Shown piece after piece: positions 38,470 to 51,339 of a DNA stretch of 64,000 nt. Each line of letters starts with the position of its first letter. Within the stretch, counting starts at the first letter, position 1. The stretch comes from Mobula hypostoma (lineage: Eukaryota): positions 14,012,001 through 14,076,000 of the forward strand of contig NC_086108.1 of assembly GCF_963921235.1 (NCBI RefSeq), written 5' to 3'. A program made the translations under genes and the position numbers. The notes under the pieces were generated by a model. It was not told the origin of the DNA and ran no database searches. It saw nothing but the letters and a program-made list of their open reading frames with translations.

Positions 38470-39725
38470 TAACTGTGAGCACTCGCTTGTTGGAGGAGTG
38501 CGGCAAGTTTTAAAAAGAACTTGGGACCTTTCAGGATTTTTCAGCAGACTTCCATCGCTGTGAGCACTCGTTTGTTCGAAAGGTGGTAAGAGGTTTAAAA
38601 GGAGATTGGGGCCTTTCAGGGCTTTACAGCAGACTTCAATCCTTGTGAGCACTTGCTTATTGGAGAGGTTGTGTGAGGTTTAAGAAGAGCTTGGGGCCTT
38701 TCGAGACTTCAATTATCGCGAGCACTCACTTATTGGAAAGATGGCGTGAGGTTTAGCCCATAAGGCATAGGAGCAGAAAAAGGCCATTCAGCTCATTACG
38801 TCTGCTCCGCCATTCCATCATGGCCAACTTACAACCCTTTTCAACCCCATTCTCCTGCTTTCTCCCCGTGACCTTTGATGCCTTGACTACTCAACCTCCT
38901 CTTTAAATGTAACCAATGGCTTGGCCTCTACAACTGCCCATGGCAGTGAATTCCACTGATTCACCACCTTCTGACTGAACAAATTCCTCCTCACCTCTGT
39001 TCTAAAGGAAGGTCCTTCTATTCTGAGGCTGTGCTCTCTGATCCCAGACTCACCCACTATAGGAAACATCCTTCCACAATTGCTCTATCTCGCCCTTTCA
39101 ATATTTGATCAGTTAGAATGAGATCCACCTTCGTTCTTCTGAACTCTGGTGAGTACAGACACAGAGCCATTTAATGCTCTTCACGTATCAACCCTTTCAT
39201 TCCTGGATCATTCTTATGAACCTCCTCTGGACCTCCCCAATGCCAGCACATCTAAACTGCTCACAATACTCCAAGTGGTCTGACGAATGCATTATAAAGC
39301 CTCAGCCTTGCTTTATATTCTTGTTGTCTTGAATTGAATGCTAACATTGCATTTACATTTCTTACCACTGACTCAACCTGCAAGTTAACCTTCAGGGAAT
39401 CCTGTACAGGGACTACCAAGTCCCACTGGTGCCTTTTGGAACTTAACAGCAGACTTCAGTCCTCACGATCTATTAGGCACTTGCTAAAAGCCGTAAAACT
39501 AAATTAGTTGAAACGGAGATGCCATAGTATGATTGGAACAATGTTAGAGTGATCACTGTTTGGCTCAAGAAGATTAGGGAAAAAGAGGTGAAAGCTCTAA
39601 GTAACTTTCTCATAACTTTCTTTCTTTCCCTGTTTTTTAGTACATAGCTAATGTGGTGAGAATGGGTCCAGGCTCAGTGGTATGTTCTTTGTGTGAGATG
39701 TGGAAACGCCAGGAAACCTCCAGTC
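38470..39725 (+). mobile_element. CR1 5' UTR with ~85-bp tandem monomers and the ORF1 start, split by a minus-strand CR1
   Basis: About 3.5 monomers starting TGAGCACTCGCTT.. (38476-38756). The sequence resumes at ~39430 and leads into ATGGGTCCAGGCTCAGTGGTATGTTCTTTGTGTGAGATGTGG (MGPGSVVCSLCEMW), comparable to the ORF1 start at ~9987. Confidence 0.65.
38757..39428 (-). mobile_element. CR1 3' fragment
   Basis: MFPIVGESGIREHSLRIEGPSFRTEVRRNLFSQKVVNQWNSLP. A sister fragment lies at 39725-40362. Confidence 0.82.
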
Positions 39726-40426
39726 CATAAGACCATAAGACATACATAGGAACAGAATTATGACATTCAGCCCATTAAGTCTGCTTACTATTCCATCAAA
39801 GTAGACGTATAATCCCTTTTAACCCCATTCTCCTGCCTTCTCCCTGTAACCTGTGATGCCTTGACTAAGCAAGAACCTATCAACCACAACTTTAAATATA
39901 CCCAATGACTTGGCCTTCACAGCAATGTGTGGCAATGAATTCTACAGATTCACCACCTAAAGAAATCCACCCCTCTCCCTGCCCCCGGCCTTATCTTTGT
40001 TCTAAATGGATGTCTCTCTATGCTGAGGCTGTATCCTCTGGTCCTAGTCTATAAGAAACATTCACTCTGTATAGGCTTCAATGGGGTCCATCCCCATTCT
40101 TCCAAACTCCAGTGAGTACAGGCCTAGAGCCATCAAATGTTGACCCTTTCATTCTTGGAATCATTCCTGTGAACCTCCTCTGCACCTTCTCCAATAGCAG
40201 CACATCTCTTTTATAAGCAGCTGAAAACTGCTCACAATATTCCATGTGGTCTGATGAATGCCTTACAAAACCTCTGTCTTACATCTTCCTCTTTTACTCT
40301 AGTCCTTTTAAAATGAATACGAATATTGCATTTGCCTTCCATACCACCATCTCAACCTACAAGATATGGTAGCTGGTCATTGCGTCCGATGATGACAGGA
40401 AACCTGTGGTAGAGTTTTTAAAGTGG

Positions 40427-41160
40427 AATCAGAATCAGGTTTATTATCACCAGCAAGTGATGTGAAATTTGTTAACTTAGCAGCAACAGTTCAATGCTAT
40501 ACATAAATTAGCAGAGAGAAAAAGATAAATGAAATAAAACATAATAATAAATAAACAAGTAAATCAATTACATATATTGAATAGATTTTAAAACATGTCA
40601 AAAACAGAAATACTGTATATTAAAAAAAGTGAGGTAGTGTCCAAAGATTCAACGTCCATTCAGAAATCGGATGGCAGAGGGGAAGAAGCTGTTCCTAAAT
40701 CACTGAGTGTGTGCCTTCAGGCTTTTGTATCTCTTACCTGATGGTAACCGTGAGAAAAGGACATGCCCTGGGTACTGGAGGTCCTTAATAATGGACGCTG
40801 CCTTTCTGAGACACCGCTCCCTAAGGATGTCCTGGGTACTTTGTAGGCTAGTATCCAAGATGGAGCTGACTAAATTTACAATCTTCTGCAGCTTCTTTCG
40901 GTCCTGTGCAGTAGCGCCCTGCCCCCCATACCAGATAGTGATGCAGCCTGTCAGAATGCTTTCCATGGTATAACTATAGGTGTTTTTGAGTGTATTTGTT
41001 GACATGCCAAATCTTTTCAAACTCCAAATAAAGTATAGCCACTGTCTTGCCTTCTTTATGTCTACGTCGATATGTTGGGACCAGGTTAGATTCTCAGAGA
41101 TCTTGACACCAAGGAACTTGAATCTGCTCACTCTCTCCACTTCTGATCCCCCTATGAGGA
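40427..41160 (-). mobile_element. Rex1/Babar 3' end (young subfamily, same as 50000-50710)
   Basis: EVERVSRFKFLGVKISENLTWSQHID..ARQWLYFIWSLKRFG..ESILTGCITIWYG, with a (TTCTGA)n tail. Confidence 0.9.
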
Positions 41161-41161
41161 T

Positions 41162-41538
41162 TGTCCCGTTGTACTGGGGCAGTTCCACTCTTTCGACCTC
41201 AGACGTCTGGGTCCAGTGGTACGAACCAGCATCACGAACTGGGGTATTCCTTGGTTGCAGTGGATGACCATAACGTTTTCTGTGCCATGTCATGCCCATC
41301 ACTCTCCATGGTGTGTGGTAGAACTGCACTCATGACTGTTGGATCTCACTGTAGATCTCATCCGCCCTGTCCACCAGAGCTGACGTCGCATGCTGGGCCA
41401 GGCATGTCCCTACCTCTCTGAGGTATGAGGCCCACTGGCTACCCTCACCTGGTTTAGCCCACCTGTCAAAGCAGTGTACCAGGGTGTGACCGCTGTCACA
41501 AGCAAACAGCTACGTATTTGTAGCCACAAGTGAGAGCT
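41162..41538 (-). mobile_element. GC-rich repeat fragment, probably an RTE-type LINE 5' UTR or derived SINE
   Basis: The minus strand contains GGTGGGCTAAACCAGGTGAGGGTAGCC and hairpin-rich sequence resembling RTE 5' ends. Assigned by resemblance only. Confidence 0.4.
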
Positions 41539-41539
41539 A

Positions 41540-42178
41540 CACTCCACTTGTATCTGCCAGATAATCTTCCGGGAATCCTGCACATGGACTCCCAAGTCCC
41601 TTTGTACCTCTGATTTTTGAATTTTCTCCCCGTTTAGAAAATAACATACGCCTTTATTCCTCCTATCAAAGTGCATGACCATACACTTTCTATCTGTCAC
41701 TTCTTTGCCCATTCTTCCAATCTATCCAAGTCTTTCAACACTACCTGCCCCTCCACCTATTTTCATATCGTCTTCAAACTTGCCATTCCCCTAATGGGCT
41801 CAACTGCAAAGCTGCTCTAAAAAAAAGATAGGCATTCAAAATATTCCCTTTCTTGGAATCCAGCACCAACCTAATTTTCCCAATCTACCTGCATATTGAA
41901 ACCTCCCACTAGGAGAATGGCAATTCTAGATTGGGTGTGTATGTGACTTTTCTATCTCCTATTGTCATTTATATCCCACATCCTGGCTACTGTTTGGAGC
42001 CCTGTATATAATTCTCATTAGGTTCTTTTCTTACCCTTGCAGTTTGTTAACTCTACCTACAAGGATTCTACATCTTCCAATCCTGTCACCTCTTTCTAAG
42101 GATTGCCTTTAATTTTTTACCAACAGAGTCACCCTATCCCCTCTACCTACCTGCCTGTCTTCTCGGTACAATGTGTAT
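41540..42178 (-). mobile_element. Older CR1 fragments (EN region plus an RT piece)
   Basis: CMVMHFDRRNKGVCYFLNGEKIQKSEVQRDLGVHV, plus an EN segment homologous to 46083-46480. Confidence 0.75.
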
Positions 42179-43674
42179 CATAGAACATAGAATAGTACAG
42201 CACAGTACAGGCCCTTCAGCCCACAACGTTGTGGCAACCCTTAAACCCTGCCTCCCATATAACCCCCCACCTTAAACTCCTCCATATACCTCTCTAGAAG
42301 TCTTTTAAATTTCAGTAGTGTATCTGCCTCCACCACTGACTCAGGCAGTGCATTCCACGCACCAACCACTCTCTGAGTAAAAAACCTTCCTCTAATATCC
42401 CGCTCAAACTTCCCACCCCTTACTTTAAGGCCATGTCCTCTTGTATTGAGCAGTGGTGCCCTGAGGAAGAGGTGCTGGCCGTCCACTCTATCTATTCCTC
42501 TTAATATCTTGTATACCTCTATCATGTCTCCTCTCATCCTCCTTCTCTCCAAAGAGTAAAGCCCTAGCTCCCTTAATCTCTGATCATAACCCACACTCTC
42601 TAAACCAGGCAGCATCCTGGTAAATCTCCCCTGTACCCTTTCCAATGCTTCCACATCTTTCCTATAGTGAGGCGACCAGAACTGGACACAATACTCCAAA
42701 TGGGCCTAACCAGAGTTTTACAGAGCTGCATCATTACCTCGTGACTCTTAAATTCTATCCCTCGACTTATGAAAGCTCACCCCATAAGCTTTCTTAACTA
42801 GCCTATCTACCTGTGAAGCAACTTACAGGGATCTGTGGACATGTACCCCCAGATCCCTCTGCTCCTCCACACTACCAAGTATCCTGCCATTTGCTTTGTA
42901 CTCTGCCTTGGAGTTTGTCCTTCCAAAGTGTACCACCTCACACTTCTCCAGGTTGAACTCCATCTGCCACTTCTCAGCCCACTTCTGCATCCTATCAATG
43001 TCTCTCTGCAATCTTCAACAATCCTCTACACAATCCACAACACCACCAACCTTTGTGTCGTCTGCAAACTTGCCAACTCACCCTTCTACCCCCACATCCA
43101 GGTCATTAATAAAAATCACGAAAAGTAGAGGTCCCAGAACCGATCCTTGTGGGACACCACTAGTCACAACCCTCCAATCTGAATGTACTCCCTCCACCAC
43201 GACCCTCTGCCTTCTGCAGGCAAGCCTATTCTGAATCCACTTGGCTAAACTTCCCTGGATCCCATACCTTCTGACTTTCTGAATAAGCCTACAGTGTGGA
43301 ACCATGTCAAATGCCTTACTAAAATCCATATAGATCACATCCACTGCCCTACCCTCATCTATATGCCTGGTCACCTCCTCAAAGAACTCTATCAGGCTTG
43401 TTAGACTCGATCTGCCTTTCGCAAAGCCATGCTGACTGTCCCTGATCAGACCATGATCCTCTAAATGTCCATAGATCCTACCTCTAAGAATCTTTTCCAA
43501 CAGCTTTCCCACCACAGACGTAAGGCTCACTGGTCTATAATTACCTGGACTATCCCTACTACCTTTTTTGAACAAGGGGACAATATTCACCTCCCTCCAA
43601 TCCTCCAGTAGCATTCCCGTGGACAACAAGGACATAACGATCCTAGCCAGAGGCTCAGCAATCTCTTCCCTCGC
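42179..43674 (-). mobile_element. Young CR1, 5'-truncated (left arm of the inverted pair)
   Basis: ORFs 43078-43695, 42823-43011 and 42241-42699 cover RT through the C-terminus. The tail starts CATAGAACATAGAATAGTACAG at 42179. Confidence 0.95.
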
Positions 43675-45972
43675 AGATCTAGTATTAGGTAACAAACCAG
43701 GTCAGGTCACAGATCTCTCAGTGGATGAGCATCTGGGGGACAGTGACCACTGCTCCCTGGCCTTTAGCATTATCATGGAGAAGGATAGAATCAGAGAGGG
43801 CAGGAAAATTTTTGATTGGGGAAGGGCAAATTATGAGGCTATAAGGCTAGAGCTTGCGGGTGTGAATTGGGACGCTGCTTTTGCAAGGAAATGTACTATG
43901 GACATGTGGTCAATGTTTAGGGATCTCTTGCAGGATGTTAGGGATAAATTTGTTCCGGTGAGGAAGATAAAGAATGGTAGGATAAAGAAACCATGGGTGA
44001 CAAATGAGGTGGAATATCTAGTCAGATGGAAGAAGGCAGCATACATGAGGTTTAGGAAGCAAGGATGAGATGGGTGTATTGAGGAATATAGGGAAGCAAG
44101 AAAGGAGGTTAAGAAGGGGCTGAGGAGAGCGGGTAGGGGGCATGAGAAAACCTTGGCGAGTAGGGTAAAGGAAAAACCCCAAGGCATTCTTCAATTATAT
44201 GAAGAACAAAAGGTTGACAGGAGTGAAGATAGGACCGATTAGAGTTAAAGGTGGGAAGATGTGCCTGGAGGCTGTGGAAGTGAGCAAAGTCCTCAATGAA
44301 TACTTCTCTTCTGTATTCACCAATGAGAGGGAACTTGATGACGGTGAGACAATATGAGTGAGGTTGATGTTCAGGAGCATGTTGATATTAAGGGAGAGGA
44401 GGTGTTAGAGTTGTTATAATACATTAGGATGGATAAGTCCCCAGGGTCTGACGGAATATTCCCCAGGCTGCTCCACGAGGAGAGAGAAGAGATTGCTGAG
44501 CCTCTGGCTAGGATCTTTATGTCCTCGTTGTCCATGGGAATGGTACCAGAGGATTGGAGGGAGGCAAATGTTGTCCCCTCATTCAAAAAAGGTAGTAGGG
44601 ATAGTCCAGGTAATCATAGACCAGTGAGTCTTACATCTGTGGTGGGAAAGCTGTTGGAAAAGATTCTTAGAGATAGGATCTATGGGCATTTAGAGAATCA
44701 TGGTCTGATCAGGGACAGTCAGCATGGCTTTGTGCAGGGCAGATCGTGTCTAACAAGCCTGATAGAGTTCTTTGAGGAGATGACCAGGCACATAGATGAG
44801 GGTAGTGCAGTGGATGTGATCTACATGGATTTTAGTAAGGCATTTGACAAGGTTCTACATGGTAAACTTACTCAGAAAGTCAGAAGGCATGGGATCCAGG
44901 GAAGTTTGGCCAGGTGGATTCAGAATTGGCTTGCCTGCAGAAGGCAGATGGTCATGGTGGAGGGAGTACATTTGGATTGGAGGGCTGTGACTAGTGGTGT
45001 CCCGTAAGGATCGGTTCTGGGACCTCTACTTTTCGTAGTTTTTATTAATGACCTGGATGTTGGGGTAGAAGGGTGGGTTGGCAAGTTTGCAGATGACACA
45101 AAGGTTGGTGGTGTTGTGGATAGTGTAGAGGATTGTTGAAGATTGCAGAGAGACATTGATAGGATGCAGAAGCGGGCTGAGAAGTGGCAGATGGAGTTCA
45201 ACCCGGAGAAGTGTGAGGTGGTACACTTTGGAAGGACAAACTCCAAGGCAGAGTACAAAGCAAATGGCAGGATACTTGGTAGTGTGGAGGAGCAGAGGGA
45301 TCTGGGGGTACATGTCCACAGATCCCTGTAGGTTGCCTCACAGGTAGATAGGGTAGTTAAGAAAGTTTATGGGGTGTTAGCTTTCATAAGTCGAGGAATA
45401 CAGTTTAAGAGTCACAAGGTAATGATGCAGCTCTATAAAACTCTGGTTAGGCCACACTTGGAGTACTGTGTCCAGTTCTGGTCGCCTCACTATAGGAAAG
45501 ATGTGGAAGCATTGGAAAGGGTACAGGGGAGATTTACCAGGATGCTGCCTGGTTTAGAGAGTATGCATTATGATCAGAGATTAAGGGAGCTAGGGCTTTA
45601 CTCCTTGGAGAGAAGGAGGATGAGAGGAGACATGATAGAGGTATACAAGATATTAAGAGGAATAGATAGAGTGGACGGCCAGCACCTCTTCCTCAGGGCA
45701 CCACTGCTCAATACAAGAGGACATGGCCTTAAAGTAAGGGGTGGGAAGTTCAAACGGGATATTAGAGGAAGGTTTTTTACTCAGAGAGTGGTTGGTGCGT
45801 GGAATGCACTGCCTGAGTCAGTGGTGGAGGCAGATACACTAGTGAAGTTTAAGAGACTGCTAGACAGGTATATGGAGGAATTTAAGGTGGGGGGTTATAT
45901 GGGAGGCAGGGTTTAAGGGTTGCCACAACATTGTGTGCTGAAGGGCCTGTACTGTGCTGTACTATTCTATGT
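43675..45972 (+). mobile_element. Young CR1, 5'-truncated (right arm of the inverted pair)
   Basis: [18 protein letters not shown] (EN end), then ORFs 44429-45007, 45143-45331 and 45374-45916. The tail ends CTGTACTATTCTATGT. Confidence 0.95.
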
Positions 45973-46480
45973 ATAGAAATAAGGTGGATGATTTTGTAGC
46001 GCAATTAGAGATTGGCAGGTACGATGTTGTGGGCATCACTGAGTCGTGGCTGAAAGATCATAGTTGAGAGCTTAACATCTAAGGATATACATTTTATCAA
46101 ACGGACAGGCAGGTGGGTGGAGGGGGTTGTGTGACGCTGATGATAAAAAATGAAATCAAATCCTTAAAAAAAGGTGACATGCGATCAGAAAATCTATAAT
46201 TCTACTGGATAAAGTTAAAAAACTGCAAGAGTAAAAAAAAACACTGATGGCAGTTATATTCAGACCTCTGAACAGTAGCCAGAATGTGGGATACAAGTTA
46301 CAAGGAGAGATAGAAAAGGCAAATGAAAGGGGCAATGTTGCAATAATCATGTGGGATTTTAATATGCAGGCTGAATGGGAAAATCAGGTTGGTGCTGCAT
46401 CCAATGAGAAGGAATATGTAGAATGCCTATGAGGTGGCCTTTTTAGATGAGTTTATGGTTGAGCCCACTAGCAGAATGCT
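45973..46480 (+). mobile_element. Older CR1 endonuclease fragment
   Basis: RNKVDDFVAQLEIGRYDVVGITESWLK and MAVIFRPLNSSQNVG..IMWDFN. Confidence 0.8.
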
Positions 46481-47439
46481 CCCCACTTCCCCTTCCTGAA
46501 GTTAACAATCAATTTCTTGGTTTTGCTGACATTGAGTGAGAAGTTGTCGCTGCGACACCATTCAACCAGTCACTGTGACAAGATCTTTTAAAAATTTCAC
46601 TGTTTTCACTGTAGACAAGACAAGATAATGGGAAGCGTTTTGGTTATCAGAAACCATCTGAGTATTCTTCTGTCCTGATAACGTGGGTTTTGAGGGGGAT
46701 GCAAAGAGGCATCAAAGAGGTTTTCATAGCCAAGAGAATGGAAATATACCGTGAAAACATGTTTTACATCTTTTACTTTGCCCGAGGATGTAGAAAGTTT
46801 GGGGATAATTTGGTGAGAGTTTGAAAGGTGTAGGTGTACAGAGTGACTTGGGTGCCAAGAGGTTAACAAGCAGGTATAGCAAGGAAAATAGTACACTGGC
46901 CTTTTTTGTAAGACAACTGGAGAGCAAGAAAGTAGAAATACTTTATTCCAAATATAAAGAGCTTTATGAATCAGCATCTGGAATATTGTGCCTAGGTCTG
47001 ATCTTTATCTCCGATAGAGAAAATGAATGAAATTAAATCCTGAGGGAAGGTGAAGTTGACTGGGACTTGCTCTCTGCAATCTTGATGAATGAAATGTAAA
47101 CTCGTTAAAATTCTTAAAGGGCTTGACAATATAAATGCAGGGATCTGTAGATTCATATGGCATGAAACAGGCCCTTTGGGAAGAAGATGCCTATCTAAGA
47201 TAATTGCATTTTACTATCTAAATATTTCCTATCTATGTATCTGTCCAAATGTCTCTTAAACATCGTATTAGTACTTCCGTCTACTACTTCTTCTGCCATT
47301 TACACACTCATTCTATTTTCACAGCATCCTCTTTGAAAAAATTTTAAAGATACTCCTTAAATCTTTCCCCTCTGACTTTAAATCTATACCCTCTGGTCTT
47401 AACCTCCCCTCTGATGGGGGGTGGGGGGGAAATAGGAAA

Positions 47440-48530
47440 AAATTAGCAGGATGGTGTCTGGGTTTGGGTGCCAGAGTTATAAGGAGAAGTTGTATAAATA
47501 TGGTCCATGACTTCATTGCTGTTCTGCCCATCTCCTGAGTAAATACCGATACAAAAAATCCATTTAAGATCTCCTCTGTCTCTTTCAGCTCCATGCATAG
47601 AGAACAACACTGATCTTCAAGTAGACCCATTTTGTCCCTTGTTATCTTTTGCTCCTTATACATCTGTAGAAGCTCCTTCACCTTTTCTTCCACAGCAAAA
47701 CTCTTGTCTTCTTTTAGCCCTCCTGATTTCCCTTTTTAGTTTTTTTTCTTGCATTTCTTATACTCCTCAATTACTTCATTTGTTCCTTGCTATGCACCTC
47801 CTCCTTCTTTTTAACCAAGACCTCAAAATCCCTCAAAAACCAAGGTCCCCTGTAAGTTTTGCCTTTGTTCTAACAGGAAAATATAAACTGCGTTCTGCCA
47901 ATATTTCACTTTTGAAGGTCTCCCACTTACCAAGCATTTTTTTGCCAGAAAAAAAACCCGTCCCAATTACACTTGCCAGATCCTTTTTGATACCTTCAAA
48001 ATTGGCCTCTCTCCAGGTCAGAATCTCAATTGAAGGACCAGGCGCATGCTTTTCCATAATTAACTTGAAACTAATGGAATCATGTTCACTAGATCCTAAG
48101 TGTTCCCCTTCACACACTTTTGTCACCTACCCTGTCTCATTCCCTGAAAGGAGATATAGTATCTCACTTTCTCTAGGTGGGACCTTTATATATTGATTGA
48201 GGAAAATTTCATGAACACATTTGGCAAACTCTATCTCATCCAGTCCTTTTACATTGTGGGAGTTCTAGTCAATATGTGGAAAGTTAAAATCATCTACTAT
48301 CACAACCATATTTTTCTCGTAACTTGCTATCTCTACAAATTTGCTCCTCTAAATCCCACTGACTTGTTGGGTGGTCTATAATATACTGCAATCCCATTAA
48401 CATGGTCTTCCTTTCCTATTTTTCAGTTCCACCCAATCAACCTCAGTAGATGAGCCCACCACCCTGTCCTGTCTGAGCACTGTCATGGGATTTCCCTGAT
48501 GAGTAATGCCACCCCTCCCCCTACTCCACC
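47440..48530 (-). mobile_element. CR1 EN/linker fragment
   Basis: VCEGEHLGSSEHDSISFKLIMEK..WREANFEGI and KITRDKMGLLEDQ..EILNGFFVSVFTQE. Confidence 0.8.
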
Positions 48531-48659
48531 CTACCTGTAGAACCAGCTCTCAGTGATTCAGGAACAGTTCTTCCTCTCTGCCACCAGATTTCTGAATGGC
48601 CATGAACCCACGAACACTACCTCATTATTCCTTTTCTTAAACTATAATAGTTATTACAC

Positions 48660-50710
48660 CAGTAATCGGTGGACTGGACTGTATTCAGGGATTCATCTTC
48701 AAACCTGGATGAGTATGCTGCAGTTGTTACCGACTTCATTAAAACCTGTATGGATGTGTATGTGTCCACAAAGACTTACTGTACATAACGAAACCAAAAG
48801 CCATGGATGAACCAGGAGGTACATCGTCTGCTGATGGCTAGATCTGTGATATTCAAGCCTGGCAAACCAGCTCTGTACCAGAAAACCAGGTATGATTTGT
48901 GGAGGGCTATTTCAGGGGCAAAGAGACAATTTTGAATGAGGTTGGAGGCGACATTGGATGCACAGCAACTCTGGCAGAGTCTGCAAGACATTACTTCCTA
49001 TAAAGCGAAACCCAATAGCATGAATGCCAGTGATGCTTCACTACCAGATGAACTCAACGCCTCCTATGCATGCTTTGAAAGGGAGAACACTACTACAGCT
49101 GTGAAGATCCCTGCTGCACCTGATGACCCTGTGATATCTGTCTCAGAGGCTGACGTTAGGCTATCTTTAAAGAGAGTGAACCCTCACAGGGTGGAAGGTC
49201 CAGATGGAGTACCTGGTAAGGCTCTGACAAACCTGTGCCAACAAACTAGCAGGAGTATTCAAGGACATTTTCAGACTTTCACTGCTACGGGCAGAAGTTC
49301 CCACTTGCTTCAAAAAGGCAACAATTATACCAATGCCTAAGAGGAATAATGTGGGCTGTCTTAATGATTATCACCCGGTACCACTCACACTGACAGTGAT
49401 GAAATGCTTTGAGAGGTTGGTCATGACTAGTCTAAACTCCTGCCTCATCAAGGACCTGGACCCATTGCAATTTGCCTATCGCCACAATAGGTCAACGGCA
49501 GATGCAATCTCAATGGCCACCTGGACAACACAAACACCTATGTCAGGATGCTGTTCATCGACTATAGCTCAGCATTTAATATCATCATTCCCACAATCCT
49601 GAGTGAGAAGTTGCAGAACCTGGCCCTCTGTACCTCCCTCCGCAATTGGATCCTCGACTTCCTAACTGGAAGACCACAATCTGTGCGGGTTGGTGATAAC
49701 ATCTCCTCCTCACTAACGATCAACTCTGGTGCACTTCAGGGGTGTGGGCTTAGCCCACTGCTCTACTCTCTACATACACATGACTGTGCGGCTAGGCACA
49801 GCTCAAATACCACCTATAAAGTTGATGAATTTATAACCATTGTTGGTAGAATCTCAGATGGTGACGAGAGGGTGTACAGGAGTGAAATGTGCCAACTAGT
49901 GGAGTGGTGCCACAGCAACAACCTGGCACTCAATGTCAGTGACGAAAGAGCTGATTGTGGAGTTCAGGAAGGGTAAGACGAAGGAACACATACAGTACCA
50001 ATCCTCGTAGAGGGATCAGAAGTGGAGAGAGTGAGCAGATTCAGGTTCCTGGGTGTCAAGATCTCTGAGGATCTAACCTGGTCCCAATATATTGATGTAG
50101 TCATAAAGAAGGCAAGACAGTGGCTATATTTTATTAGGAGTTTGAAGGGATTTGGTATGTCAACAAATATACTCAAAAACTTCTATAGTTTTACTGTGGA
50201 GAGCATTCTGTCAGGCTGCATTACTGTCTGGTATGGAGGGACTACTGCACAGGACCGAAAGAAGCTGCAGAAGGTTGTAAACCTAGTCATCTCCATCTTG
50301 GGTACTAGCTTACAAAGTACCCAGGACATCTTCAGGGAGCGGTGTCTCAGAAAGGCAGCATCCATTATTAAGGACTTCCAGCACCCAGGGAATGCCCTTT
50401 TCTCACTGTTACCATCAAGAAGGAGGTACAGAAGCCTGAAGGCACACACTCAGTGATTCAGAAACAGCTTCTTCCCCTCTGTCATCCAATTCCTAAATGG
50501 ACGTTGAATCTTTGGACAATACATCACTTTTTTTAATACACAGTATTTCTGTTATTGCACTTTTTTAAAATCTATTCAACTTACGTAATTGATTTACTTG
50601 TTTATTTATTATTTTTTTTCTCTCTGCTGATTACGTATTGCATTGAATTGTTGCTGCTAAGTTAACAAATTTCACGTCACATGCTGGTTATAATAAACCT
50701 GATTCTGATT
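48660..50710 (+). mobile_element. Rex1/Babar LINE (RT through 3' end)
   Basis: [81 protein letters not shown] and ORF 50022-50456, with tail AATAAACCTGATTCTGATT. Confidence 0.92.
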
Positions 50711-51339
50711 CATTTATTTTTGTGAGTTATTCTAATTTTATGTCTTTGCACTGTACTATTGCTGCAAAATAACAAATTCCACATTGAATGAGATAGTGAT
50801 TATAAATCTGATATTGATTTTGTTTCAGCTGGTATTTTTGAAAGTGAGTTCCATACTTCTAAAGCTCTGCGCAGAAGTGCTTCCTGTCTTTAATTCTGAA
50901 AGAGCTGCTCGAGTCAATCTTCACAGATTCATCAATCAAGAGAAATAAAGTTTCCCATCAGTATCTTACAAATTCAATCAAATCATCCCGTAACCTTTTC
51001 ACTTCCAGTGAATACAGTTTTGGTTTGTGTTTGTCCTCTCTGTGGGTTAACCCTTGGAGTCCTGGTATCTTTGATAAATTTGAGGTGCACTTTCTTGAGT
51101 CCAATATATACTGATAGAGTTGTGATGCCCAGAACAGTTTCTTGTACTCCAACACGGTACAACCAGAGCACGTTCTCTGCTCCTGTGTGTTGCAGTTTCC
51201 TGGTTATAAAGCCCAGCAATCCATCTGTTTCTCTGATTATTTTACACCTCTGTCATGCACAAGGAGTGGAACTGGAGTTTTTCTTCCTTCTCAATTGATT
51301 CAAAGTTCAAAGTAACATTTATCATCAGAGCACATACAT

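Noticed and set aside
41162..41538. HDV-like ribozyme in a putative RTE 5' UTR
   Set aside because: I found hairpins (CCTGGT/ACCAGG, GCTGT/ACAGC) but could not build the nested double pseudoknot by eye. The fragment may be 5'-truncated, and an Infernal or RNArobo search is needed.
42835..45319. Antisense and alternative-frame ORFs (e.g. MDMYPQIP.., MYSALEFV..) duplicated in both CR1 arms
   Set aside because: They are shadows of CR1 ORF2, and their duplication only reflects the inverted repeat.
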